Assembly: GCA_963755905.1 (NCBI GenBank)
Contig: CAVWLM010000002.1
Span: 160,754-224,753 of the forward strand
DNA: 64,000 nt
Source of the DNA: an uncultured delta proteobacterium
GTDB lineage: Bacteria; Desulfobacterota; Binatia; Binatales; Binataceae
Reading direction: 5' to 3'
The notes beneath the pieces are model-generated. The model was not told the origin of the DNA, searched no databases, and was given only the letters and a program-made list of their open reading frames with translations. A program made the translations under genes and the position numbers. Below, one piece after another: positions 19,592 to 27,931 of this stretch. Position 1 is the stretch's first letter. The number at the start of each line of letters is the position of its first letter.

Positions 19592-20203
19592 ATGAAGCTA
19601 TATTATTCGCCGGGCGCGTGTTCTCTCTCTCCGCATATCGTTTTGCGGGAGGCGGGAATTACGGCCGACCTGGAACAGGTGGATCTCAAGACCAAGAAGA
19701 CCAAGAGCGGCGCCGACTTCACCGCGGTGAATCCGAAAGGGCAGGTGCCGACGCTGGTGCTCGACAGCGGCCAGACGTTAACCGAAGGACCGGCTATCGT
19801 GCAGTACCTGGCCGACCAGAAGCCGCAGTCCGGACTCGCTCCGCAAGCCGGAACCTTCGAGCGCTACCGGCTTCAGGAATGGCTCAATTTCATCACAGCC
19901 GAGCTTCACAAACCTTTCGGCGCGCTCTTCAGTTCGGCGACGCCCGATGACTACAAGCCGGTCGCGAAAGAGACGCTGGCCGCGCGCTTTGCCCATGTCG
20001 ATCGGCATCTCGCGAGCGGCGGTCCCTTCCTGATGGGCGCTCACTTCACGGTGGCGGACGCGTACCTGTTCGTGATGACGCTGTGGGCGAGATTTTTGAA
20101 AATCGATCTCGACCAGTGGACCAAGCTGAAGGCTTTCGCCGAGCAGGTAGCGGCGCGGCCCAAGGTCCACGAGGCGTTGAAGGAAGAGGGGTTGGCCAAG
20201 TAA
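19592..20203 (+). CDS. Glutathione S-transferase (GstA/GstB-like)
   Basis: MKLYYSPGACSLSPHIVLREAG...GQVPTL. Confidence 0.85.
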   Translation: MKLYYSPGACSLSPHIVLREAGITADLEQVDLKTKKTKSGADFTAVNPKGQVPTLVLDSGQTLTEGPAIVQYLADQKPQSGLAPQAGTFERYRLQEWLNFITAELHKPFGALFSSATPDDYKPVAKETLAARFAHVDRHLASGGPFLMGAHFTVADAYLFVMTLWARFLKIDLDQWTKLKAFAEQVAARPKVHEALKEEGLAK

Positions 20204-20225
20204 TTAACGCCGCCGCGTTTTCCGG

Positions 20226-20262
20226 CTGGAGGTCCCGGCTCGCCTGGGTCTCCAGCTTTTTT
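20226..20262 (+). terminator. Rho-independent terminator
   Basis: CTGGAGGTCCCGGCTCGCCTGGGTCTCCAG hairpin followed by TTTTTTT. Confidence 0.6.
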
Positions 20263-20467
20263 TGGCCTGCACGTCTAGCGTCATGCCCGACGCGACGTCA
20301 CGCTAGCGCGAACCGTGTGTCGGCCCCGCGCGGTCGCCGTCGCACGGCCAACGGTGGATTCAGGCCGCTAATAGCCAGTGGCGATGGCCACCACCAGCCA
20401 CGATCGCGGCGATTGCGATAACGCACCACGGGTCGATTCGGCTATAGTTACGCCCGAAGGAGCCCGC

Positions 20468-21646
20468 ATGAGCGCATATCTTTACGAAGTGCTCGAACGC
20501 CTCGTTGGCTTTGATACCGTCAGCTCCAACAGTGACGCGCCGGCGATGGAGTTCCTGGCCGAACGTCTGGGGTCGCATGGCTTCAAGGTTCATCTCCATC
20601 GCATCGAAGTCGCCGGCACGCCGCAGCTCAACCTGGTTGCATGGGCCGGCCCGCCGCTTCCCGACGGCCTGACCATCTCGGGCCATCTCGATACGGTACC
20701 CTACGCGGGGCAGCCGGGATGGAACCGCGACCCGCTCAAGCTCGGAGTTGACGCCGATCGCGTATGGGGCCGCGGCACGACCGACATGAAGGGCTTCCTT
20801 GCCGAGTGCGTCGCGGCGGCCGCCACGCTCGACCTCGCTAAGCTCAAACGTCCTCTAGTTTTCATCTTCACCAGTAACGAGGAAGTCGGATGCCTCGGGG
20901 CCGAGTCCGTTTGCGGCACGCTCGGCTCTATTTTGGGAGAGGTTCCGGCGCCCAAGCTGGTATGGATCGGCGAGCCGACCTCCTGGCAGGTACAGCACGC
21001 CCACAAAAGTATCGTGCTGTTCGACGTGACGGTGCGCGGAGTGGGCGGTCATAGCGGAGCGCCCGAGCAGGGAGTCAGCGCGATCGCGGTGGCCGGCCGC
21101 GCGCTCGAGGCAATCGGGCATCTGCAAGCCGAGCGGCGTACGCCGAGCGACAGGTTCATGAGTACTTTTCCCGACTCGCCCTATGACGTGCTCAACGTCG
21201 GGACCATCGCGGGCGGTATCGCGGCCAACATCATCGCCGAAGAGTGCCGTTTCGCGATCACCTACCGATCGCTGCCCGACGCCGAACCCCTGGAGATCTA
21301 TCGCGAAGTCGAGCGCCGGCTCGCCGCGCTCGACCGTCACGACTACGCCTCGCACAATCATCGCGCGACCATCGAGGTCAGTCCGCCGATGGTGGTGCCG
21401 CCGTTGCTCGCGGCGCGCGGCACCGCGCTCGAGCGCGCGCTGCTCGAGGTGACCGGGACGCATGAGGTCGGCGGCGCGCTGTTCGGAACGGACGGTGGAT
21501 GGTTCTCGCGCTTCGGGATGGTTCCGCTGATCTGCGGACCGGGCGACCTCGAACAGGCGCACAAGCCCAACGAGAACATCCGCCGCGAGGCGCTGGAGAG
21601 CGGCACCGGCAAGATACTCGAGGTCATCGCGCGTTTGATTCAATGA
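20468..21646 (+). CDS. M20-family metallopeptidase (acetylornithine deacetylase ArgE / DapE-like)
   Basis: GHLDTVP...WGRGTTDMKGFLA. Start taken at MSAYLYEVL. Confidence 0.8.
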   Translation: MSAYLYEVLERLVGFDTVSSNSDAPAMEFLAERLGSHGFKVHLHRIEVAGTPQLNLVAWAGPPLPDGLTISGHLDTVPYAGQPGWNRDPLKLGVDADRVWGRGTTDMKGFLAECVAAAATLDLAKLKRPLVFIFTSNEEVGCLGAESVCGTLGSILGEVPAPKLVWIGEPTSWQVQHAHKSIVLFDVTVRGVGGHSGAPEQGVSAIAVAGRALEAIGHLQAERRTPSDRFMSTFPDSPYDVLNVGTIAGGIAANIIAEECRFAITYRSLPDAEPLEIYREVERRLAALDRHDYASHNHRATIEVSPPMVVPPLLAARGTALERALLEVTGTHEVGGALFGTDGGWFSRFGMVPLICGPGDLEQAHKPNENIRREALESGTGKILEVIARLIQ

Positions 21647-21870
21647 TGTTCGCGCCGCGGTGAAGGTCATTGAATCAGCTGGTGAGGGCCGCGGCGCAAC
21701 GAGTCTGCCGCTTCCTGTCATCCTGAGCGAAGCGAAGGATCTACGCGAAGCGATGAATCTTCTTTGCCGGACCTCCCAGGAGATCGTCATGCTGATCGAA
21801 CGTTGCGCGAGATCTTTCGACTCCGGCAGCCTCCGCTCAAGATGACCGAAGAGACTCGTATCTGAGGCGT

Positions 21871-22473
21871 CTATACCGCGAACGTCGCGACCAACTCGCG
21901 CAACCGGTCTTTCGCGCCACTCAGTATCGAAACGCCGTCGCCAAACAACAGGGTGTCGAAATCGATCGACAGCAGGTTCTTCACACTGTCCCGCAGACGC
22001 GCCGGGTCGTCCATCACCTGCTCGCGCAGCAAGCCGCATCGGCCGGGCGGATTTCCAATCACTGCGTCGCCCACGATCAGGATCTTTCGCTCCGGCCAGT
22101 GCAGAGCGATCTCGCCGGGCGACTTGCCGGGCACCGCCACGACGGTGAACGGTCCGACGGTTTCACCCACGTGAAGTTCCTCGTCGAGGATAGCGCCCTG
22201 GCTGCGCGCATGAGCCGCGTCGGCGGGATGAATCGCGATCCGGGCGCCGGTCTGCTCGTGCACGCGATTGGCCGCGCGCACGTGGTTGCGGTTGGTGAGC
22301 AGGACCCGCGCCGGACGGGCGCGGACGATCTCCTCGAAGTCCGCGGCACTTGCCTCGACCGGGTCGATGCAGATATTTCCCTGCGGATGAGCGATCAGCA
22401 GGCCATTGAAGTTGTAGCCGTGGGGCGCGGAGAACCACGACCATGTCCGAATATCGCCCGCAATCGTTTCCAT
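21871..22473 (-). CDS. MBL-fold metallo-hydrolase
   Basis: Metallo-beta-lactamase-like topology (HPADAAH, GDAV). Confidence 0.7.
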   Translation of the reverse strand: METIAGDIRTWSWFSAPHGYNFNGLLIAHPQGNICIDPVEASAADFEEIVRARPARVLLTNRNHVRAANRVHEQTGARIAIHPADAAHARSQGAILDEELHVGETVGPFTVVAVPGKSPGEIALHWPERKILIVGDAVIGNPPGRCGLLREQVMDDPARLRDSVKNLLSIDFDTLLFGDGVSILSGAKDRLRELVATFAV

Positions 22474-22625
22474 CGATGACTTCTCCCGATAACTTCTCCG
22501 ACGGCTGGTCCGATGCTTTTGCGAATCGGCCGGCCGGCGGTTGGTCGTCCCGATTGTAGCGCCACACCCGCGCCGGGTTTCAAGCCGCGCTTGTGCGCCG
22601 GAGGTTACCCAAGAGGTTATACACG

Positions 22626-23171
22626 ATGAGCTACTGCGAAATCGCGCCGGGGCATCCGCTGCACGGTCCCTATCACGACCGCGAGTACGGCTTTCCCACG
22701 CGCGCCGAGGACAAGCTTTTCGAGCGGCTGGTGCTCGAGATCAATCAAGCCGGACTCTCGTGGCTGACCGTTTTACGCAAGCGCGAGGCGTTCTCCAGGG
22801 CCTTCGACGGTTTCGACGTCGATCGCGTGGCCGCGTACGGCGAACGCGAACGCGCGCGCCTCCTGGCCGACGCCGCAATCGTACGCAACCGGCTAAAGGT
22901 CGAAGCCGCGATCGAAAATGCACGCCGAATCGCCGCCCTGCGCGAGAGCCACGGGGGATTTGCGCGATGGCTTAGAACAAATCATCCGCTCGATAAAACG
23001 GAATGGGTGAAGCTGTTCAAGCGTACCTTCGTCTTCACGGGCGGCGAGATAACAGGCGAGTTCCTGATCAGTATCGGCTATCTGCCCGGGGCACACGTCG
23101 AAAGCTGTCCGGTGTACGCGAGGATCGGACGGCTGAATCCGCCTTGGATGCGCGAGAAGGCGAGACAATAA
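22626..23171 (+). CDS. tag: DNA-3-methyladenine glycosylase I
   Basis: CEIAPGHPLHGPYHDREYGFP...LVLEINQAGLSW is the Tag signature. Confidence 0.85.
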   Translation: MSYCEIAPGHPLHGPYHDREYGFPTRAEDKLFERLVLEINQAGLSWLTVLRKREAFSRAFDGFDVDRVAAYGERERARLLADAAIVRNRLKVEAAIENARRIAALRESHGGFARWLRTNHPLDKTEWVKLFKRTFVFTGGEITGEFLISIGYLPGAHVESCPVYARIGRLNPPWMREKARQ

Positions 23172-23189
23172 GGTCTGGACGGGGGGTTC

Positions 23190-23239
23190 TTGACAGCTAG
23201 GCGAGCATAATAGATATTGAGAATCATTCTCAATATCTA
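23190..23239 (+). promoter_or_regulatory. TTGACA -35 box followed by a perfect 29-bp palindrome (candidate operator)
   Basis: TTGACA at 23190-23195. TAGATATTGAGAATCATTCTCAATATCTA at 23211-23239 is a perfect inverted repeat in an AT-rich patch. Confidence 0.4.
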
Positions 23240-23647
23240 GGACGACGCAATTGGAAGAGAAAAAAAACTGTGTACTACGCCGGCTCGCCGGACGGGCGTC
23301 GTTCAGTGCCGATGCCTGCGTCTGCGGAGCGATTCACCTGACGATAGGATTCATCACCTTGCGGGTCGATCCATGCGCATTCCGTGAATTCGCCGCCGTA
23401 GTGATGGAGAGCCTGCGCCACCTCGAAGCCCCGGACTGTCCGACAATTCACTGAGGTTGTTTCCCACCAAGCACGTGGCTTGCGCCGCGAACCGCGGCTC
23501 ATCAAGCTTGCATAGGGCCGAATATCGCGCCGCAACTCGCATGCTTCGCGATGGCCCCGAGTTTTGCGATGTTGTTCCAGACGCCGAGGGCACTATCGAG
23601 AGGGACGGCCGGCAGGCGTGGTTCCGCAAGGGCGACAGGAGCAGGAT

Positions 23648-24523
23648 ATGAAAATCGGAGTCGCAACATTTCTCACCGAACATTCAGGTAATCCCGGCAC
23701 GATCGCGGCCGAGGCCGAGGGCGCCGGCTTCGAATCGTTCTGGGTCGCGGAGCATCTGGTCATCCCGGTCACTTACACGACCTGGTATCAGCGTTCGCCC
23801 GACGGCAAAGTGCCGGAGTCCTACGCCCATCTGGCCGATCCGTTTGTCGCACTGGCGGTGGCCGCGCAGGCGACCTCGCGCATCCGCCTCGGCACCAGCG
23901 TCTGTCTTTTGCCCGAGCGCAATCCGATAGAAACCGCCAAGGCCGCCGCGACGCTCGACCTGTACTCGGGCGGCCGATTGATGCTGGGGGTCGGCGCGGG
24001 CTGGTTTCCCGAGGAAGCCGCGATAATGGGTGTCGATTTCAAGCGCCGTTGGCGTCATCTGCGCGAATCTGTCGAGGCGATACGCGAGCTGTGGACCAAG
24101 CCAGAAGCGAGCTATGAGGGCGAAATCATCAAGTTTCCACCGGTCAGGCTTTTTCCCAAGCCGGTGCAAAAACCCTGTCCACCGATCTTTCTCGGCGCGC
24201 ACGACCCCGCGCGGGCATTGAAACGAGTCGCGCGATGGGCGGACGGATGGATGCCGGGCGGACTCAGCCCGGAACAGGCCGAAAAGTGCATACCGCAGGT
24301 CAAGCGGATGGCGCGCGAAAATGGGCGAGACTCCGAGCGTATGGAGTTTTCGGTGATGCTTGGTATCGGCTCGCAGCAGGCTCCGACGACCGAAGCGCTC
24401 GAGCGCTATGCCGCTGCCGGTATCACGCGGGTGATTATCCTGGCGGCCGAGACCGCCGCGCGCGACGGGGTCGAAGTGGTCAGGGGACTGGCGCCGCTCG
24501 TCGAGCGCGCGGCGCGGATCTGA
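23648..24523 (+). CDS. LLM-class F420-dependent oxidoreductase
   Basis: MKIGVATFLTE...FESFWVAEHL...LGTSVCLLPERNP. Start taken at MKIG (23648). Confidence 0.8.
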   Translation: MKIGVATFLTEHSGNPGTIAAEAEGAGFESFWVAEHLVIPVTYTTWYQRSPDGKVPESYAHLADPFVALAVAAQATSRIRLGTSVCLLPERNPIETAKAAATLDLYSGGRLMLGVGAGWFPEEAAIMGVDFKRRWRHLRESVEAIRELWTKPEASYEGEIIKFPPVRLFPKPVQKPCPPIFLGAHDPARALKRVARWADGWMPGGLSPEQAEKCIPQVKRMARENGRDSERMEFSVMLGIGSQQAPTTEALERYAAAGITRVIILAAETAARDGVEVVRGLAPLVERAARI

Positions 24524-24651
24524 CGCGTGGCCTTTTCGGCGGCCACGCAGGAATTGCCGCACGGGCGGCCTTGTCGCATCATGTAGCCAGTGACATAGTG
24601 CGATGATAAGCATCAGCGCAGTTCAATAAACGCAATTCCGGCATAGCACGC

Positions 24652-24960
24652 TTGATTATCGAAACGATCAAAATCGAATTGAACTCGATAGTAGTAGCGA
24701 CCGCGAACCAGATTTCCTGCGACCTCGAGGGCGACGCCGCGATCCTCAATCTGAAAACCGGCGTATACTATGGACTGGACGATATTGGCGCGTCGATTTG
24801 GCGGATGCTAAACGAGCCGCGTCGCGTCGATGATCTGGTCGACGCATTGCTCGGCGAGTATGAGGTGGACCGCGAGGAATGCCAGCGCGACGTGATCGCG
24901 TTGCTGGGCGAACTTGCCGTGCGCGGACTGGTCGAGGTAAGTGACACGCTCGAAAGTTGA
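24652..24960 (+). CDS. PqqD-family RiPP recognition element (lasso-peptide B1-like)
   Basis: ILNLKTGVYYGLDDIGASIWRMLNEPRRVDDLVDALLGEYEVDREECQRDVIALLGELAVRGLVE is near-consensus PqqD/B1. TTG start. Confidence 0.8.
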   Translation: MIIETIKIELNSIVVATANQISCDLEGDAAILNLKTGVYYGLDDIGASIWRMLNEPRRVDDLVDALLGEYEVDREECQRDVIALLGELAVRGLVEVSDTLES

Positions 24961-25469
24961 CTGCCCTCGGCGTTGTCGCGGGGCTGGACCGTCCCGCCTG
25001 GAAATCCCGTCGAGCGCGAGCGTCCAGGACCACGATGGTACGTCGAGCCGCTAAATTTCTTGGCCTGCCGTTCTCCGACCAGCGGCTGCTTATGCGTGCC
25101 GCGCTGGCGGTCGTCGGTGCAAAGGTCGCTATTAGAACCTTGCGCTTGCCCGCCGCGCGCGCGGCAGTTTTGCGCCTGGAACGCCTGGGATGGTTTGTCA
25201 TCCCGGCGCCCGCGGACCGTATTGTCTGGGCCGTGGCAGCAGCTGGAGGCACCATACCCGGCATGAAGAATTGCCTGGTGCAGGCGGTGGCGGCCGAGGC
25301 GATGCTCATCCGCGCGGGCCATCCGTGCGAATTCCGGATCGGCGCTGCGAAAAGCGGGCCGCACGGCCTGATCGCGCATGCATGGCTGGAGAATGAGGGC
25401 CGGGTTCTTATCGGCGATTTCGAGGTCGATCGCTACGCTCCGCTGATGGCGCGTCGTCCTCAGAATTAA
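24957..25469 (+). CDS. Transglutaminase-like cysteine protease (lasso-peptide B2-like leader peptidase)
   Basis: CLVQAVAAEAMLIRAGHPCEFRIGAAKSGPHGLIAHAWLENEGRVLIGD has the Cys...His...Asp arrangement of lasso B2. Overlaps the B1 stop. Confidence 0.8.
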   Translation: MTALGVVAGLDRPAWKSRRARASRTTMVRRAAKFLGLPFSDQRLLMRAALAVVGAKVAIRTLRLPAARAAVLRLERLGWFVIPAPADRIVWAVAAAGGTIPGMKNCLVQAVAAEAMLIRAGHPCEFRIGAAKSGPHGLIAHAWLENEGRVLIGDFEVDRYAPLMARRPQN

Positions 25470-25637
25470 GCCTGTATTTTCAATGATTTCGTCCTGTTCC
25501 TTGGGCTTATCGTAGAGTGTAGACTCGCCTCCGGATCAAGGGTTGCGGATGTGACGATTCGCGAACTGACCCGCAGGCGGCGCACAATCAAATCCTCCGT
25601 ACAGCCGCGTTCCTCTCGACCAGCGCGATCGCGCTAT

Positions 25638-26630
25638 ATGGCCTATGGGCTCGCGATTGATTCCGATCTGTCGCTGCCCCAGTTGGAAGCGACGCGCGGT
25701 CAATCCTGGCCGTTTCTGCTGGGGAAACTACGTATACGAGTGCGGCGGCAGGAGGCGCGCGAGCCGCAGGAGTGGCTGCTTCAGACCAGCCTCCCCGACG
25801 GGCAGCCGTGGATGTGGGCGGCACGCCAAGAGCGCGGCTTTCTGATCCGCTACTTCGGTCTGGCTGATTTCATAGTGAATTCGAGGGGTACGGAGATCGT
25901 TCTCACGCGCGCCGAACCGGTAAGCTCGAGCGATACCGTGGGCCATCTGCTGCTGGATCATGCGCTTCCGATGGTTTTGGGCCTGCGCGGAATCCCGACG
26001 CTCCATGCCTCCTCGGTGGTGACCCCGCGCGGCGTGTGCGCTTTCGTGGGGACCACCGGAGCCGGCAAATCTACGCTCGCCGCAAGCTTTTCCGCCGCTG
26101 GATATCCAGCCTTGGGCGACGATTGCCTAGCGATAGCGGAGGACGGCGGATTTTTCGCCATCCCGGCATACCCGGGCGTACGCTTATGGATGGATTCCGC
26201 ACGATCATTGTCGACGGAATGGTCCAATGCGCCCACCGTTGCGCATTACACGAACAAGCTGCGTATTTTTGATGCGTCCGCCCTCAAGAACTTCCCCACG
26301 CGGCTCGAACCGCTGGCGGTCATCTATTGCCTCGCGCGCGATACGGCAGGCGTCGATCCAGGCGCGGCGTCGCCCTCGATCGAGCCGATGCAGCCCAAGG
26401 ACGCCTTTCTGGAACTGCTATCTGCCAGCTTCATGCTGGACATCACCGACAGCTCGGTGCTGACCCGCAACCTTCGCTTTATCGAGCGCTTGTTCAAGGT
26501 GGTGGCGGTACGGCGGCTCAAAATTCCCGAGGGATTTTCTTCATTGCCCAAAGTACGCGAGACGGTTTTCAACGACCTTGGTGTGCCGGCTCCCCGCGCC
26601 ACCTTCGGCGCGCCCCTCGGAGCTAGATAG
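25638..26630 (+). CDS. HPr-kinase (HprK C-terminal domain)-like serine kinase
   Basis: HASSVVTPRGVCAFVGTTGAGKSTLAASF is a P-loop in HprK-like context. Start taken at MAYGL; the ORF opens at 25551. Confidence 0.7.
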   Translation: MAYGLAIDSDLSLPQLEATRGQSWPFLLGKLRIRVRRQEAREPQEWLLQTSLPDGQPWMWAARQERGFLIRYFGLADFIVNSRGTEIVLTRAEPVSSSDTVGHLLLDHALPMVLGLRGIPTLHASSVVTPRGVCAFVGTTGAGKSTLAASFSAAGYPALGDDCLAIAEDGGFFAIPAYPGVRLWMDSARSLSTEWSNAPTVAHYTNKLRIFDASALKNFPTRLEPLAVIYCLARDTAGVDPGAASPSIEPMQPKDAFLELLSASFMLDITDSSVLTRNLRFIERLFKVVAVRRLKIPEGFSSLPKVRETVFNDLGVPAPRATFGAPLGAR

Positions 26631-26665
26631 GAGGCGGCCAATCGCGTACGCCCCTGGCGTCGTCG

Positions 26666-27931
26666 ATGCGCGTCATCAACCCGATCGCATCTCTTCTGAA
26701 ATCCGGTTCGGCGGTGAGCCGTGAGGCTGAACTGCTCATCTGTTGCTCGACCTCGGTCGCGACGCCCGAGCGCACGGCGCGTTTGCGCGCGATCGTTCAG
26801 AGCGGCGTCGATTGGCCTCTCGCCACGCGGATGGCGTTGGTACAGGCGGTACTGCCACTCGTCTATCGCTACCTGACTGCGGAGCTTGCCGACGCCTTGC
26901 CGGCCGATGCGGCCACGAACCTGCGCCGGGCTTATCAGGGTAACTCTTTGCGCAACCTCCATCTCGCGCGCGAGCTAATCCGATTGACCGCACTTTTGGA
27001 GCGGGGCGGCGTCGAGACGCTAGCGCTCAAGGGTCCGGCGCTGGCGATGACCGCCTACGGCAGTGTCGCGATGCGGCAGTTCACCGACCTTGACCTGCTG
27101 GTGCGCAAGAGCGCGGTGCCACGCGCGGTCGAACTACTACATAACGAGGGCTACGCGCTCCGCGAGGGGTTCGGCCTGGCTGACCTCGGGCGGCGCGACA
27201 CCTACGAAATTGCGCTCACGCGGGCGGACCGGCTGACCGAAATCGATCTTCACTGGAGACTTATCCTGCCGTATTTTCCGTTTTCGCTCGACAGCGAAGA
27301 TCTGTGGCGGCGTGCCGTGCGGGTGGAGATCGAAGGCGGCGCCGTGCGTACGCTCGCGCCCGCCGATCATCTGCTCTATCTATGCGTGCACGGCGCCAAG
27401 CATGGATGGCAAACGCTCGGCGGGATTTGCGATCTGGCCGGGCTGATTCGCGCTTCGTCGCAGGCATCATCGCAAGCATTCTCAATCGACTGGGATGAGC
27501 TCTCGGCACGCGCCGAGCGAGCCAGTGCGCCGCGGGCGCTGTGGCTCGGCACGCTTCTCGCGCATGAGCTGCTCGACGCCGCGGTGCCGGCCGGCGTGCT
27601 CGCCGCGGCTCGTCGCGAGCCCGCGGTGATCCGCGCCGCGCGCTGTTTCGTCGGTTACGTGAGCGACCCGGGCGACGATGGGCCGGGATTCTACCAGCGA
27701 TGGTCGGTGCCGCTGCGCGTAATCGCGGAACCCGGAGCGCGGCTCCACTACCTGGCGGCTCGCGCGCTGCTGCCGAGCGCCGACGATCGCGAATTTTTGC
27801 GCCTGCCGCCGGTGCTCCATCCCCTGTACTATCTACTGCGTCCGGTCAGGGTGGCTCTAAAGGAGGGTCCCGCCGTCCTACGCAGGCTTATGCGTTCGGC
27901 CCTACGGCCGGCAGATCATTCATCGCGGTGA
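26666..27931 (+). CDS. Nucleotidyltransferase-family protein (uncharacterised NTase, often lasso-cluster associated)
   Basis: Family call by overall similarity (LALKGPALA...FTDLDLLV...LHWRL) plus context. Confidence 0.55.
   Translation: MRVINPIASLLKSGSAVSREAELLICCSTSVATPERTARLRAIVQSGVDWPLATRMALVQAVLPLVYRYLTAELADALPADAATNLRRAYQGNSLRNLHLARELIRLTALLERGGVETLALKGPALAMTAYGSVAMRQFTDLDLLVRKSAVPRAVELLHNEGYALREGFGLADLGRRDTYEIALTRADRLTEIDLHWRLILPYFPFSLDSEDLWRRAVRVEIEGGAVRTLAPADHLLYLCVHGAKHGWQTLGGICDLAGLIRASSQASSQAFSIDWDELSARAERASAPRALWLGTLLAHELLDAAVPAGVLAAARREPAVIRAARCFVGYVSDPGDDGPGFYQRWSVPLRVIAEPGARLHYLAARALLPSADDREFLRLPPVLHPLYYLLRPVRVALKEGPAVLRRLMRSALRPADHSSR

Noticed and set aside
20855-22039. 394-aa minus-strand ORF
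   Set aside because: Antisense to the ArgE-like M20 peptidase gene and the start of the MBL gene. Arg/Ala-rich, no domain.
23684-24613. 309-aa minus-strand ORF
   Set aside because: Antisense to the LLM F420 oxidoreductase. I first considered it as a possible cyclase position, but it has no Asn-synthetase PP-loop (SGGxDS) or other motif.
25484-25516. 10-aa ORF (MISSCSLGLS) between B2 and the kinase
   Set aside because: Considered as a lasso precursor candidate. It is far too short and lacks leader/core features.
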